Below are positions 30,082-39,598 of a stretch of DNA of 64,000 nucleotides, piece after piece. This DNA comes from Gemmatimonadaceae bacterium (GTDB lineage: Bacteria > Gemmatimonadota > Gemmatimonadetes > Gemmatimonadales > Gemmatimonadaceae). The notes beneath the pieces are model-generated. The model searched no databases. It had not been told where the DNA came from and worked only from the letters and a program-made list of their open reading frames with translations. The DNA is taken from assembly GCA_045803545.1 (NCBI GenBank), contig JBJMOW010000006.1, forward strand, positions 64,001 through 128,000, written 5' to 3'. Made by a program: the position numbers and the translations under genes. Within the stretch, counting starts at the first letter, position 1; every line of letters starts with the position of its first letter.

Positions 30082-30774
30082 ATGTCGTTGCCCGGTCACG
30101 TATTCTCCGCGCCTGACGGCGTGCGCGGGTTCGATACCACTGAGAGCGTAACGCCGAACACCGCCGTTGCCTTCCGGCGCGCGGGCTACCGTTTTTGCGT
30201 TCGATACGTGCGCCGCGACAAACCGCACCCCTCTGCCCTCAAGGTGAATGAAGCGAAGTCGTTGCTGAGTGCCGGCATCGGCGTGATGATCGTGCAATAC
30301 GTGGAGTCGGAAACTGCCTGGAGTCCGAGCGGCGCCAAGGGCACCAGGAACGGCGGCGTGGCCGCAAGCGAGTGCGAGCTCCTGGGCGTGCCGTGGGGCG
30401 TAACCGTCTGGTGCGATCTGGAAGGTGTCGCGTCTGGTACTCCACCTCAACGCGTCATTGATTACTGCAACGCATGGCACTCCGCGGTTTCAGGCGCCGG
30501 CTATGTGCCCGGTGTGTACGTCGGCTACCGCGCCGGCCTGACTCCGAGTCGCCTTTATCGCTCGCTCAAATTCACGCACTACTGGGGCGCTTACAATCTG
30601 AACGTCGATCGGTATCCGGCAGTGCGCGGCGTTCAGATGAAACAGTCGAGGGCAAGAGCGAGCGATCGCCCCAAGGGAACCACCATCGATTTCCAAACTG
30701 ATCGTGTGCGCGGTGACTCGCTTGGTGGACGGCCGACTCTGCTCGCACTCGAGGGCTGGCCGGAAATTCCTTAG
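30082..30774 (+). CDS. DUF1906 / Rv2525c-like glycoside hydrolase (putative peptidoglycan hydrolase)
   Basis: GFDT, GYRFCVRYV, VWCDLEG and GYVPGVYVG. Confidence 0.75.
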   Translation: MSLPGHVFSAPDGVRGFDTTESVTPNTAVAFRRAGYRFCVRYVRRDKPHPSALKVNEAKSLLSAGIGVMIVQYVESETAWSPSGAKGTRNGGVAASECELLGVPWGVTVWCDLEGVASGTPPQRVIDYCNAWHSAVSGAGYVPGVYVGYRAGLTPSRLYRSLKFTHYWGAYNLNVDRYPAVRGVQMKQSRARASDRPKGTTIDFQTDRVRGDSLGGRPTLLALEGWPEIP

Positions 30775-30789
30775 CCCTCGTTGCCGGAA

Positions 30790-31656
30790 CTAACCGCGTT
30801 CTTCGAGAATCAGTCGCTGGTGCGCGTAGTCGAAAATGCAGACGAATTTGCTCCAGATGCCGTTCCCCACGATGCCGATCTCTGACGCGACTCCTGGAAT
30901 TTTCGTAAACAGCGAGCGGCCGATCCTCACCGTATCGAGCGTACCGATCAGAGCTTCGTATGATCGTCCCAGGCCCGTCGTAGCGACCGTGACGCCGCGC
31001 GCTTTGGCGTTGCGACGAACGCTCTTGTCATCGACGAAATCTTCAGAACCGGTATCCACAATCAGACTGCGCACTATCTCGGGCCGATTTGCGGTGCGAA
31101 TCCGCACCTGGACTCTCGGCTGGTGTCTAACCAGCTCCAACCTCACGGTGTCGCCCGTTCCCGTGTAGCGATAGCGCCGAGGGTCGTAAAGCGTGACAGT
31201 GTGGTTGGAGAAATCGATGCGCACGATGTAGCGCGCAAAGAATTCGTAGCCGAGTATGCCGGTTAGGGGATGAGTCGGGTCGAGGTTCGCGCTGCGCAGA
31301 TCGATGGCGCCAAAGTGATCGCAGGATGGGAGCGCCTTACCGGCGATACGCACCCGAACTCGACTGCGAATCGAGTCGAGGCGAAAGCTTCCCTTGCCCG
31401 CCCCGTGAAGATTTCGTTGCCCGCGGAGGACCATCCCTGCATTCCGCGCGGTGGTCCGATCGAGGAGGCATTCGCTCGCGCCAGAATCCAGCGCCCACCA
31501 GCCCGCCTCACCATCGTTGACATGGGCCGATAGGTATATGGCCGGATGCGCGTCCGCTGCGAATGGAAGTGTTGCAATTAGCCCGTTCTGGGCCTCAACC
31601 GTGGCCGTGCGCAGCGCGACGCCAAAGATGACAGCGAGCCATACTTTTACCTGCAT
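30790..31656 (-). CDS. Secreted two-domain retropepsin-like aspartyl protease
   Basis: Two catalytic motifs, LDSGA and VDTGS, plus GILGYEFF; signal peptide from the ATG at 31656. Confidence 0.85.
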   Translation of the reverse strand: MQVKVWLAVIFGVALRTATVEAQNGLIATLPFAADAHPAIYLSAHVNDGEAGWWALDSGASECLLDRTTARNAGMVLRGQRNLHGAGKGSFRLDSIRSRVRVRIAGKALPSCDHFGAIDLRSANLDPTHPLTGILGYEFFARYIVRIDFSNHTVTLYDPRRYRYTGTGDTVRLELVRHQPRVQVRIRTANRPEIVRSLIVDTGSEDFVDDKSVRRNAKARGVTVATTGLGRSYEALIGTLDTVRIGRSLFTKIPGVASEIGIVGNGIWSKFVCIFDYAHQRLILEERG

Positions 31657-31713
31657 ACATAAAAGGTAGTCTTCCGACTGCAGCCGGCACCGCTGAACCC
31701 TTAGTTTTTGCCC

Positions 31714-33495
31714 ATGGCACGACGGAAGCTCCCGCGCGTTCCGAAGCGAATTGTTGAGCTGGTCGAGGATCTTCGCAAAAAAGAAGATCGTCTCGCGCTC
31801 GCGCTCAGCCTTTTCATTGGCGCGCTCGTTGGACTGGTTGTCGTCGGCTTCATCCTGCTCACCGGACGACTCGCCGCGCACACTTATCCAGCGGGCGGAC
31901 CTGGTTGGCGACGACTCGTCACACCGATCGTCGGATCGCTGATCGCAGGCTACCTGCTCTTTCGCTACTTCCCACTCGCGCGCGGCAGCGGAATTCCACA
32001 AACCCGCGCCGCTGTTTTCATCCACGACGGACGAATCTCCCTCCGCTCCGTCATTGGCAAGTTCATCGTAACGTCCCTCACCCTCGCCAGCGGAATCCCG
32101 CTCGGACGCGAAGGGCCGTCTGTCTATATGGGTGCCGGTCTCGCATCGAGCATCGGACGACGCCTGGGACTGAGCAGAAACCAGATCAGATGGCTGCTAC
32201 CCGTCGGCGGAGCCGCAGCTCTCTCCGCGGCATTCAACACTCCGATCGCCGCGGTGTTGTTCACCCTGGAAGAAATCATGGGCGATCTGCACGCGCCCGT
32301 ACTCGGCTCAGTAGTCATCGCATCCGCCACATCGTGGATGGTGTTGCACCTCGTCCTCGGCGACAATCCGCTCTTCGAGGTCGCGAGCTATCGACTCGTC
32401 AGCCTCTACGAGCTGCTGATTTATGCGCTGCTCGGCATCATCGGCGGCTTCGTCGCTGTCGGCTTCGTGAAGATGCTCCTTTGGCTCCGATCGAAGTTTC
32501 AAAAGTTGCCGGCGTCGACGCTTTGGCTGCAGCCCGTCGCCGGCGGACTCGTCGTCGGCATCTTCGGGTTTTTCGTTCCGCAGGTGATGGGCGTCGGCTA
32601 CGAACACATCGAGCGCGTGTTGAACGGCGACATGATCATCAAGACGGTGCTGCTGCTCGCATTGCTCAAAATCATCGCTGTATCGGTTTCGTACGCCTCG
32701 GGCAACGCCGGCGGAATCTTCGGGCCGAGTTTATTCATTGGCGCAATGGTTGGGGCGGGAGTCGGAGGATTGGCGCACCTCGCTTTTCCGGCATCGACAG
32801 CCGGGCCTGGTGCATACGCATTGGTTGGAATGGGAGCCGCGTTTGCGGGTGTCGTGCGCGCGCCGCTGACATCGGTGATCATGATATTCGAGATAACGCG
32901 CGATTACGCAATCATCGTCCCGCTGATGATCGCCAATCTGATTGCTTACTACATCTCTCACAGACTGCAGCGCGAGACAGTCTATGAAGCCCTGGCGCTG
33001 CAGGATGGATTGCATCTTCCTTCGGGCGCCTTCCGCGCAGTGAGCGGGTTGTGGGTGACGACTGCGCTGCGTGAAGCCCCGCAGCCGCTGACCGCGGAGA
33101 TGAAGGTCGATGAAGCGACCGCGCGGTTCGGCGACAGCGACCTCGAGTCGTGGCCAGTTGTCGACGACGACGGTCTGATCGGAATGGTGCGCGTGAACGA
33201 CGTGGTCGATGCCGCGACAGGAAATCAGCGGCCCGTAACCATCGCGACGATCATGAAACGCGCGCGCGCACTGATCAGAGATGGCAATGCCGAGATCCCG
33301 CACGTGCACAAAGACCAACCGCTTGGCCTTGCTCTCGCGCGCATGGGTGATACCGGACACAATGCGCTGCCCGTCGTCAGTCGCGGCAACATTCGCGAAA
33401 TGGTCGGGATCGTGACGCTCGTCGATGTACTCAATGCGTACGGTGTCGATACCAGGCGGCTGACGCCCGTGCGTGGCACGCGGGTGGTGGAATAA
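31714..33495 (+). CDS. ClC family chloride channel / H+-Cl- antiporter with CBS domains
   Basis: GSGIP, GREGP and GGIFGP motifs; C-terminal CBS pair. Confidence 0.95.
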   Translation: MARRKLPRVPKRIVELVEDLRKKEDRLALALSLFIGALVGLVVVGFILLTGRLAAHTYPAGGPGWRRLVTPIVGSLIAGYLLFRYFPLARGSGIPQTRAAVFIHDGRISLRSVIGKFIVTSLTLASGIPLGREGPSVYMGAGLASSIGRRLGLSRNQIRWLLPVGGAAALSAAFNTPIAAVLFTLEEIMGDLHAPVLGSVVIASATSWMVLHLVLGDNPLFEVASYRLVSLYELLIYALLGIIGGFVAVGFVKMLLWLRSKFQKLPASTLWLQPVAGGLVVGIFGFFVPQVMGVGYEHIERVLNGDMIIKTVLLLALLKIIAVSVSYASGNAGGIFGPSLFIGAMVGAGVGGLAHLAFPASTAGPGAYALVGMGAAFAGVVRAPLTSVIMIFEITRDYAIIVPLMIANLIAYYISHRLQRETVYEALALQDGLHLPSGAFRAVSGLWVTTALREAPQPLTAEMKVDEATARFGDSDLESWPVVDDDGLIGMVRVNDVVDAATGNQRPVTIATIMKRARALIRDGNAEIPHVHKDQPLGLALARMGDTGHNALPVVSRGNIREMVGIVTLVDVLNAYGVDTRRLTPVRGTRVVE

Positions 33496-34631
33496 TGACT
33501 GATCCCGCGCAGCAGCTGCCTGGTCCAACGCCGACAGCGAGCAACTCGGAGTTCTTGCTGACCTTTGCGGTGATTCTGGTGACGATCCTGCTCCTCCTCG
33601 GGTTCGACACCGGCCTGGCGCGCATCGACAAGCGCGCCAACTCCGCGAGCGCACTCAGCGAGTACAAGCAGGGCCAGGGACTTTTCGCCACTGGCCACGT
33701 CGACGACGCGATCGACCATTTCCGCGCCGCGGCCACTCTCGATCGCGATCACTCGGTTTACACTGTCGCTCTTGCCCAGGCTTTTCTCGCGCAAGGGCGA
33801 GCCTCGGTCGCTGAGCAGTTGCTGGGCCCTGTGCTCGAGCGCAACGTCTACGATGCACCGGCGAACCTTCAGCTCGCGCGCGTACTGGCGAAAGAAGGCA
33901 GACCCGACGAAGCAAAGTCATACTATCGCCGCGCGATCATTGGCACATGGCAAGGCCCGGACGCCGAGCGTAATCGAACCGCGAGCCGTTATGAGCTGAT
34001 CGATCTGCTGGCGCAGAGCGGTGACAAGCAGGACCTGTTGTCAGAGTTGTTGCCGTTGCAGGACGAAGCCCAGACCGACAGTGCCCGACGGAAAGTTGCG
34101 CACTTGTTCGTTGTCGCCGGCTCGCCGGAGCGTGCGAGCGACATGTATCGCACTATCCTGCGCCACAATCCCCGCGACGCCGAAGCTTATGTCGGTCTCG
34201 CCGATGCGACACTGGCGATGGGCAACTTCAACACCGCGCGCGATCACCTCGACGCCGCGCTCAAAGTCGCGCCGGATGACAGCGTGATCAAAAAGAGGCT
34301 GGCGCTCACCGACACTGTGATTGCGATGGATCCAGGCCAGCGCGGACTCGGCGTCGACGAGCAGCTCCGCCGCAGTAGAGCGTTGGTGCAGCGAACGATC
34401 GTAGCGGCGAGAAGATGTCTCGATGTTTCGTCGCCGGAGGTATCAGCGGCACTCGATTCGGTCACCCGTAGTTTGGTCGCATCGGCGGCAAACGTACCGC
34501 GCGCCCAGGCGATCGAGGAGAATCTCTCGATCGCCGGGACGATCTGGCGGATGCGCGGTACGCGCTGCGCTACGCGGGATCAGCCGGGAGAAGAGGCGTT
34601 ACGCCTGGTGCAGGAAAAGATCGGCCAGTAA
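33495..34631 (+). CDS. Membrane-anchored TPR protein
   Basis: N-terminal TM segment and TPR helices; TAATG stop/start overlap with the ClC gene. Confidence 0.85.
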   Translation: MTDPAQQLPGPTPTASNSEFLLTFAVILVTILLLLGFDTGLARIDKRANSASALSEYKQGQGLFATGHVDDAIDHFRAAATLDRDHSVYTVALAQAFLAQGRASVAEQLLGPVLERNVYDAPANLQLARVLAKEGRPDEAKSYYRRAIIGTWQGPDAERNRTASRYELIDLLAQSGDKQDLLSELLPLQDEAQTDSARRKVAHLFVVAGSPERASDMYRTILRHNPRDAEAYVGLADATLAMGNFNTARDHLDAALKVAPDDSVIKKRLALTDTVIAMDPGQRGLGVDEQLRRSRALVQRTIVAARRCLDVSSPEVSAALDSVTRSLVASAANVPRAQAIEENLSIAGTIWRMRGTRCATRDQPGEEALRLVQEKIGQ

Positions 34632-34638
34632 CGGCTGC

Positions 34639-36141
34639 TCACCGCTTGCCGCTCAGGTACGCATGATCGAATTGCAGATCCATAGCGGTATTGAGAACGC
34701 CTCCTTCGCCACCCCAGACGGGCGATATCGATGCTTGATCGATATTCGACGCACCGGATGTCCACTGAATCCCGGGTCGACTCGTAATGTGAGCCCCATT
34801 GAGGTACACATCGACCGAGCCGTCTGCATTGCCTGCGGTGTTGGTTTTAACTACCAACTCCAACAGATCCCATTGGCCACGGGTGAAGTGCGCCCCTGGT
34901 ACGAGATTCGGATGCCAGAACGATGACACTCCAAGATTCTGGATTCCCTGCAGTCCTACTGCACAAATCAACGGATCGCTACCGGCGCCGTAGCCAGCAA
35001 TGAAGAAGTAGTTCCCGTCATTGATGGAAAGGAAGAGGGTCTTGTTTACGATACTCGGATGGCCGACCCAGTTCGCTGAGAATTTTATCCAGACGGCGTA
35101 GTAGAGTGTGTTGACGACCGGGAAGTTCGTGGAGAGAAAGTCCCACGCCTGCCCTGGCGCGTAACCACCGGCCAGTCCAACCGGGTAATGGATGTCGAGA
35201 ATGCCTCCCGGCGACTGTGGCCCCGAGTTGTCGGCCACGATCGAGGCGTTGTTCTGCATGCGCCAGCCGTTCGAGGGCATCGACGAGAACGGTTGATCTG
35301 AGATGAAGGTCATACCAGCCGGTTCATTCTTCCGCCAAAGTCCTGATGGCGGCGGAGGTGGCGGTGGCGGCGGCGGCGGTGGTGGTGGTGGTGAACCTGA
35401 TGCCGTCGTGGTGGACGTAGCGACATTCGACAGCGGTCCGTAAACGGCGCCCTGGTTCATTGTGCCGCGAAATGCCACGAGTTGAAAATCGTATTTAGTC
35501 GACGGCGCTAGCCCGGCTACCGTGCAACTCAACGAAGCTCCAATCGCAGTTCCCGCTCTCGGAACGGTGCAGGTGCCCGACGCGACTGACGTTGCGGATC
35601 CCCAGCTGATTGGCGACGGCGAGTAGCGAATGTCGTAGCTCGCTGGCTGGCCTATGCCATCGTCAACCTGAGTGAACGAGAGTGTGGCGCTGACGCTATC
35701 CACGGCCGGCACCGTCAGGTTTCGAACCTGCGCCGGACTCACCGCCGCGGTAGCGAAGGTCGCGACGACGGTGATCGTTGCACTGCCGGATTTCAATCCT
35801 CGAGACGCGGTAATAACTGAGACACCCTCCGATACCCCTGTTACGAGACCGCTGCTATCGACAGTAGCAACGGCCGGGCTACTAGACGTCCAGGTTACTA
35901 CACGATCGAGTGTTTGGTTCCGATAATCCAGCAGCTTCGCTGCGGCACTTGTGGTATCGCCTACGGAAACCGTAGCGCGGGTGAGGGTTACGCTGATGCT
36001 CGCTATGCGACTGGGGTCGGCGGACAGGTCGTCTGAGCTCAGTCCGTTGGGTGCTGTCGAGTCGGAGCAGGAAAGAGTATTGAGCAACGCGAGGGCTATC
36101 GTCGCCCCCGAGGTGACAATGCGGTTCACGGTTATACCCAT
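34639..36141 (-). CDS. Lipoprotein: Ig-like (Big_2) + FN3-like + Pro15 linker + lectin/polysaccharide-lyase-like jelly-roll domain
   Basis: LSC lipobox; VTWTSSSPAVATVDSSGLVTG; GLAPSTKYDFQL; 15 consecutive Pro codons (35347-35391). Confidence 0.75.
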   Translation of the reverse strand: MGITVNRIVTSGATIALALLNTLSCSDSTAPNGLSSDDLSADPSRIASISVTLTRATVSVGDTTSAAAKLLDYRNQTLDRVVTWTSSSPAVATVDSSGLVTGVSEGVSVITASRGLKSGSATITVVATFATAAVSPAQVRNLTVPAVDSVSATLSFTQVDDGIGQPASYDIRYSPSPISWGSATSVASGTCTVPRAGTAIGASLSCTVAGLAPSTKYDFQLVAFRGTMNQGAVYGPLSNVATSTTTASGSPPPPPPPPPPPPPPPSGLWRKNEPAGMTFISDQPFSSMPSNGWRMQNNASIVADNSGPQSPGGILDIHYPVGLAGGYAPGQAWDFLSTNFPVVNTLYYAVWIKFSANWVGHPSIVNKTLFLSINDGNYFFIAGYGAGSDPLICAVGLQGIQNLGVSSFWHPNLVPGAHFTRGQWDLLELVVKTNTAGNADGSVDVYLNGAHITSRPGIQWTSGASNIDQASISPVWGGEGGVLNTAMDLQFDHAYLSGKR

Positions 36142-36458
36142 GAATCGCGCGACTGACTTCAGTTAGGTCGGCGCACCATCGACGGCGGGCCCGCGAGTAA
36201 TTACCGCGTACCATAGCCGAATACGGTTCACGACCAGCAACGCCGTTGAGACGGCGCGCATCTATATACGTCAGGCGAGACGTTCGAATCGCCATTGAAT
36301 TGAGCGTTGAGTTTTTCTGAAGCAGTCGCGCAGTGTTTCGCGCGCAAAGCCGCCCGACGCTCTTATCGTGCCAGCAAGCGTTGGGAAAAAAGATTACTGT
36401 GTAACGAAGGCCTTGAGTGCGCGGTCAAGCGCACAACGCTGAAGAATGTTTTTTCTGT

Positions 36459-39209
36459 TCAGGTTGTCTTCGGCGATTGCTGAGCCCACAGCTCGGCAAG
36501 ATTTTCGAGGATGCGCGCGAGATTCGGTTTCTCATCAATCACGGCCCTGACGGGATCCGTACCCAACTTCTCCAGTCGGTCGATTGCGTTCCTGATAGTG
36601 AAGTTCTTTGGGTCGAGAGTGGAATTCACCTCGGCCCAAACGAGCGGCATCGATACAGTCGCGCCGGGTAAGGGACGCACACTGTAAGGCGCGACGATGG
36701 TTTGGCCGTGCCGATTCTGGAGATAATCGAGATAAACCTTGTCGCCGCGCTTCGTGACGTGACGCGTGATTGTCGCGATGTCCGCACACTCTTTCAGGAC
36801 GAACCGCGCCAGGAGCTCACCCAACATCCGCGACTGCTCATAGGTGCATTGCCTTCCGAGCGGTAACATGATGTGGAGGCCGGTCTTGCCCGTTGTCTTC
36901 ACGTAGTTCGGCAGCGAAACCGAATCGCAGACGCGGTGGACGACTTCAGCACAGCGAATAACAGCCGAGAACGGTGCGTCCTTCGGATCGAGATCGATCA
37001 CGCACCAATCGGGCAGTTCGAGTGATCCGCACCTGCTCGCCCAGACGTGGATCGGAATCGATCCCATGTTGGCGAGGTAAAGCAAGGACTCTTCGTCGTC
37101 GCAGACAAAGAATTTGATCTCGCGCTGAGTGTCCTCGCTCCAGATTGGGGTGGTGCGAATCCATTCTGGCGCAAAAACGGGCGCGTCTTTCTGATAGAAT
37201 GATTTCCCGTCGATGCCATCGGGATAGCGAGTCAACACAACCGGTCGATTGATCAAATACGGCAGCAGCCACTTCGATACCGACCGGTAGTACTCGATCA
37301 AATCGCCTTTGGTGTACTTATCCGCCGGCCAGAAGACTTTGTTGAGATTGGAGAGCGCAATTTTCTTCTCGACTGGCGCTTTCGCTGGAGCTGGGGGTGG
37401 TTCGTGTGTCGCAGTCGCATCGACGTGCACCCGCTCACGAACGACTCGACCGGACGGCAGCTCGCCGCCGGCGACGCCCACTGTCGCATTCCCCTCCGGT
37501 TCCCCGTCCGCCTCCCGCCCCCTGCCTCCCGCCTCCCGCTTCATCCAACCCTGACGCTCGCACTCGTGCGCGCGCTTGTCGGTACGCATGCGCAGGAAAG
37601 CGGCGTGGCGCAGTAAACCGTCCGGCGTCACCTCACGGTACCGGACTTCGCAAACGTGAACCGCGTCGGTCCACACCGTGGTCTTTGTCTCCGGAATCTT
37701 TTCACTCGGCAGAGCGTCGCTCTCCGGCGAAAAGACAGGACCAGCACACAGCGGATCCTTACGAATAATCGGCTCGAGCAACCCATGCAGATCCTTGAGC
37801 AGGCTCTCGGTGAAACCAGTGCCGACTCTGCCGGCGTAAACCAGGGTGCCGTCTACCCAGTCAGCGAGCTGCAGTGCGCCGAGGTGGGCGCGACTGCCGC
37901 CGGGCTTCGTGAACCCGACAATGACGAAGTCGCCCGTTTTTTCCGTCTTGATCTTGATCCAGTCCCCTGCCCGTCCGCTTCGATACTTTGACGTCGCTTT
38001 CTTGGCGATGATTCCCTCGAGTCCCATCGTCTTCACCTGCGCGAGTACCGCTTCGCCCTCACGCTCGATGTGATCGAGATAGCGGACCGCGCCGAGGGCG
38101 GGCACCAGATCCTTGAGCAGCTCCTTGCGCCCAATTAGCGGCAAAGGGCGAACGTCGAAATCTTCGTACGCGATGAGATCGAAGGTGTAGAACGTCGCCG
38201 GTAATTCGACTGCGGCGCGGTTGATCTCCAGCGGGGAGGACAAGCGTCCGCGTTTTTGCAGACGCGAGAAACTGGGCAGGCCTTTGTCGTCGAGCACGAC
38301 TACTTCACCATCGATGATGCAATCGTCGCACGGCAGTGCTTTCACGGCTTTGGCGATCTCGGGAAAGACACTCGTGTAGTCGTTGCCGTTGCGCGTGAGC
38401 AGCAAAGCTTCACCGCGCGATTTGCTCGCGATCAGCCGATAACCATCGAGCTTGAGCTCGAACAGCCAGCCGTCGCGCGTGAATGCGTCATCCTGAGTCT
38501 CGCAGTGCATCGCCTCGACTTTGTATGGGTCGACTCGACCACGGACAGCCTTGTCTTCAGCGGCGAGAACCTTTCGCAATTGTGCGGCGGGATTGTCCCC
38601 GGCTTTGACTTCTTCGACGGTGAGTCCGGAAAGCACGGACTCTTCGTTGAAGACATCGCCCGGCGACGAGACGTACTGATCGCGCTCCTTGATCAGCAGC
38701 CATTCCTTGTCGCTCTTTTTGATTTTGACGAGAGTCCACTTGCCGTGGAGCTTGTAGCCCTTGAGCTCGAAGAGGAGCTTTCCTTTCTCGAGGCCCTCCC
38801 GCCAATCCTCGAGTGGCAGCCACTCGCCCCGATCCCAGACGATGACACCGCCGGCTCCGTAGTTCCCGGCCGGGATCACACCCTCGAAGTCGCCGTACTC
38901 CAGCGGATGGTCTTCGACTTTGACCGCGAGCCGCTTGTCGTTCATGTCGTACGATGGGCCTTTGGGAACAGCCCACGATCTCAGCACGCCATCCATCTCC
39001 AGGCGCAAATCGAAATGGAGCTGTCGCGCCGCGTGCTTGTGGATGACGAACAGGTTTCCAGGCGTCGCCGGCAACGCGCCGCCGAATGGCTCGGGGGTGC
39101 GGTCGGTCGACCGCTTCGCGCGGTACGCCGACAGGTTGTCCGCGCCGGCCAGACTGTTATCCGATGAAGATTCTTCCACGTCGTCCTGGTGCCGTTGTAC
39201 AAAGGACAA
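36459..39209 (-). CDS. ligD: NHEJ DNA ligase D (phosphoesterase-ligase-polymerase)
   Basis: PE domain HAARQLHFDLRLE/SWAVPKGP, ligase ELKLDGYR, polymerase RYPDG, DLDP and KTTGKTGLH. Start is uncertain. Confidence 0.96.
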   Translation of the reverse strand: MSFVQRHQDDVEESSSDNSLAGADNLSAYRAKRSTDRTPEPFGGALPATPGNLFVIHKHAARQLHFDLRLEMDGVLRSWAVPKGPSYDMNDKRLAVKVEDHPLEYGDFEGVIPAGNYGAGGVIVWDRGEWLPLEDWREGLEKGKLLFELKGYKLHGKWTLVKIKKSDKEWLLIKERDQYVSSPGDVFNEESVLSGLTVEEVKAGDNPAAQLRKVLAAEDKAVRGRVDPYKVEAMHCETQDDAFTRDGWLFELKLDGYRLIASKSRGEALLLTRNGNDYTSVFPEIAKAVKALPCDDCIIDGEVVVLDDKGLPSFSRLQKRGRLSSPLEINRAAVELPATFYTFDLIAYEDFDVRPLPLIGRKELLKDLVPALGAVRYLDHIEREGEAVLAQVKTMGLEGIIAKKATSKYRSGRAGDWIKIKTEKTGDFVIVGFTKPGGSRAHLGALQLADWVDGTLVYAGRVGTGFTESLLKDLHGLLEPIIRKDPLCAGPVFSPESDALPSEKIPETKTTVWTDAVHVCEVRYREVTPDGLLRHAAFLRMRTDKRAHECERQGWMKREAGGRGREADGEPEGNATVGVAGGELPSGRVVRERVHVDATATHEPPPAPAKAPVEKKIALSNLNKVFWPADKYTKGDLIEYYRSVSKWLLPYLINRPVVLTRYPDGIDGKSFYQKDAPVFAPEWIRTTPIWSEDTQREIKFFVCDDEESLLYLANMGSIPIHVWASRCGSLELPDWCVIDLDPKDAPFSAVIRCAEVVHRVCDSVSLPNYVKTTGKTGLHIMLPLGRQCTYEQSRMLGELLARFVLKECADIATITRHVTKRGDKVYLDYLQNRHGQTIVAPYSVRPLPGATVSMPLVWAEVNSTLDPKNFTIRNAIDRLEKLGTDPVRAVIDEKPNLARILENLAELWAQQSPKTT
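37504..37542 (-). repeat. Degenerate heptamer repeat inside the ligD inter-domain linker
   Basis: GAAGCGG GAGGCGG GAGGCAG GGGGCGG GAGGCGG ACGG, encoding KREAGGRGREADG. Confidence 0.75.
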
Positions 39210-39228
39210 AAGCGAACTACCGCGCTCG

Positions 39229-39378
39229 TAGCTGATGGCGGCTGGCTATTAGCTGATGGCTGCCTCCGACCGGACAGATCTCATCGCATAAAGGCGAACT
39301 GAACGCGTTTGCTCTGACTCTATCGCGATCTGTCCCGTCGCTTGCAGCGAATAGCTAATAGCCAGCTGCTATCAGCTA
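39229..39378. repeat. 150-bp long imperfect palindrome between ligD and ku
   Basis: 35-nt outer arms (39229-39263 / 39344-39378) and 14-nt inner arms (39267-39280 / 39327-39340). Confidence 0.85.
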
Positions 39379-39478
39379 ACAGCGCGGCAGTTATCAGTTA
39401 AGTCCTCAGTCCGCAGTGTGACGCAAACCGAGGTTGACGGGTCACTATCTGGCAAACTCGCCAGACCGTGACCTCATG

Positions 39479-39506
39479 TGTCGATTGGCTCTTGCGTCGA
39501 TCGTCG
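39479..39506 (+). promoter_or_regulatory. ECF42-type promoter motif upstream of ku
   Basis: TGTCGATT-GGCTCTTGCGTCGA-TCGTCG; same boxes and spacing as the sites at 45847 and 52881. Confidence 0.6.
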
Positions 39507-39598
39507 TCAAAGGTAAGCATACGGTACCCGAGTTTTCCACGTAAGAAATATTTGTGATGCGCCTCCCGGGCGCTCGCTCAACCTTTTCGGTCCCGACC

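Noticed and set aside
30082..31656. Prophage remnant (lysin-like gene plus protease)
   Set aside because: No structural, terminase, integrase or holin genes are nearby.
31905..32987. Long alternative-frame and antisense ORFs (e.g. 31905-32987, 51751-52848, 21070-22086, 38256-39167)
   Set aside because: They are shadow ORFs typical of high-GC DNA, overlapping well-supported genes and lacking motifs.
39415..39475. Cyclic di-GMP riboswitch (GCAAAC-like words)
   Set aside because: The order of motifs and the GNRA/receptor architecture do not match; only a simple hairpin is supported.
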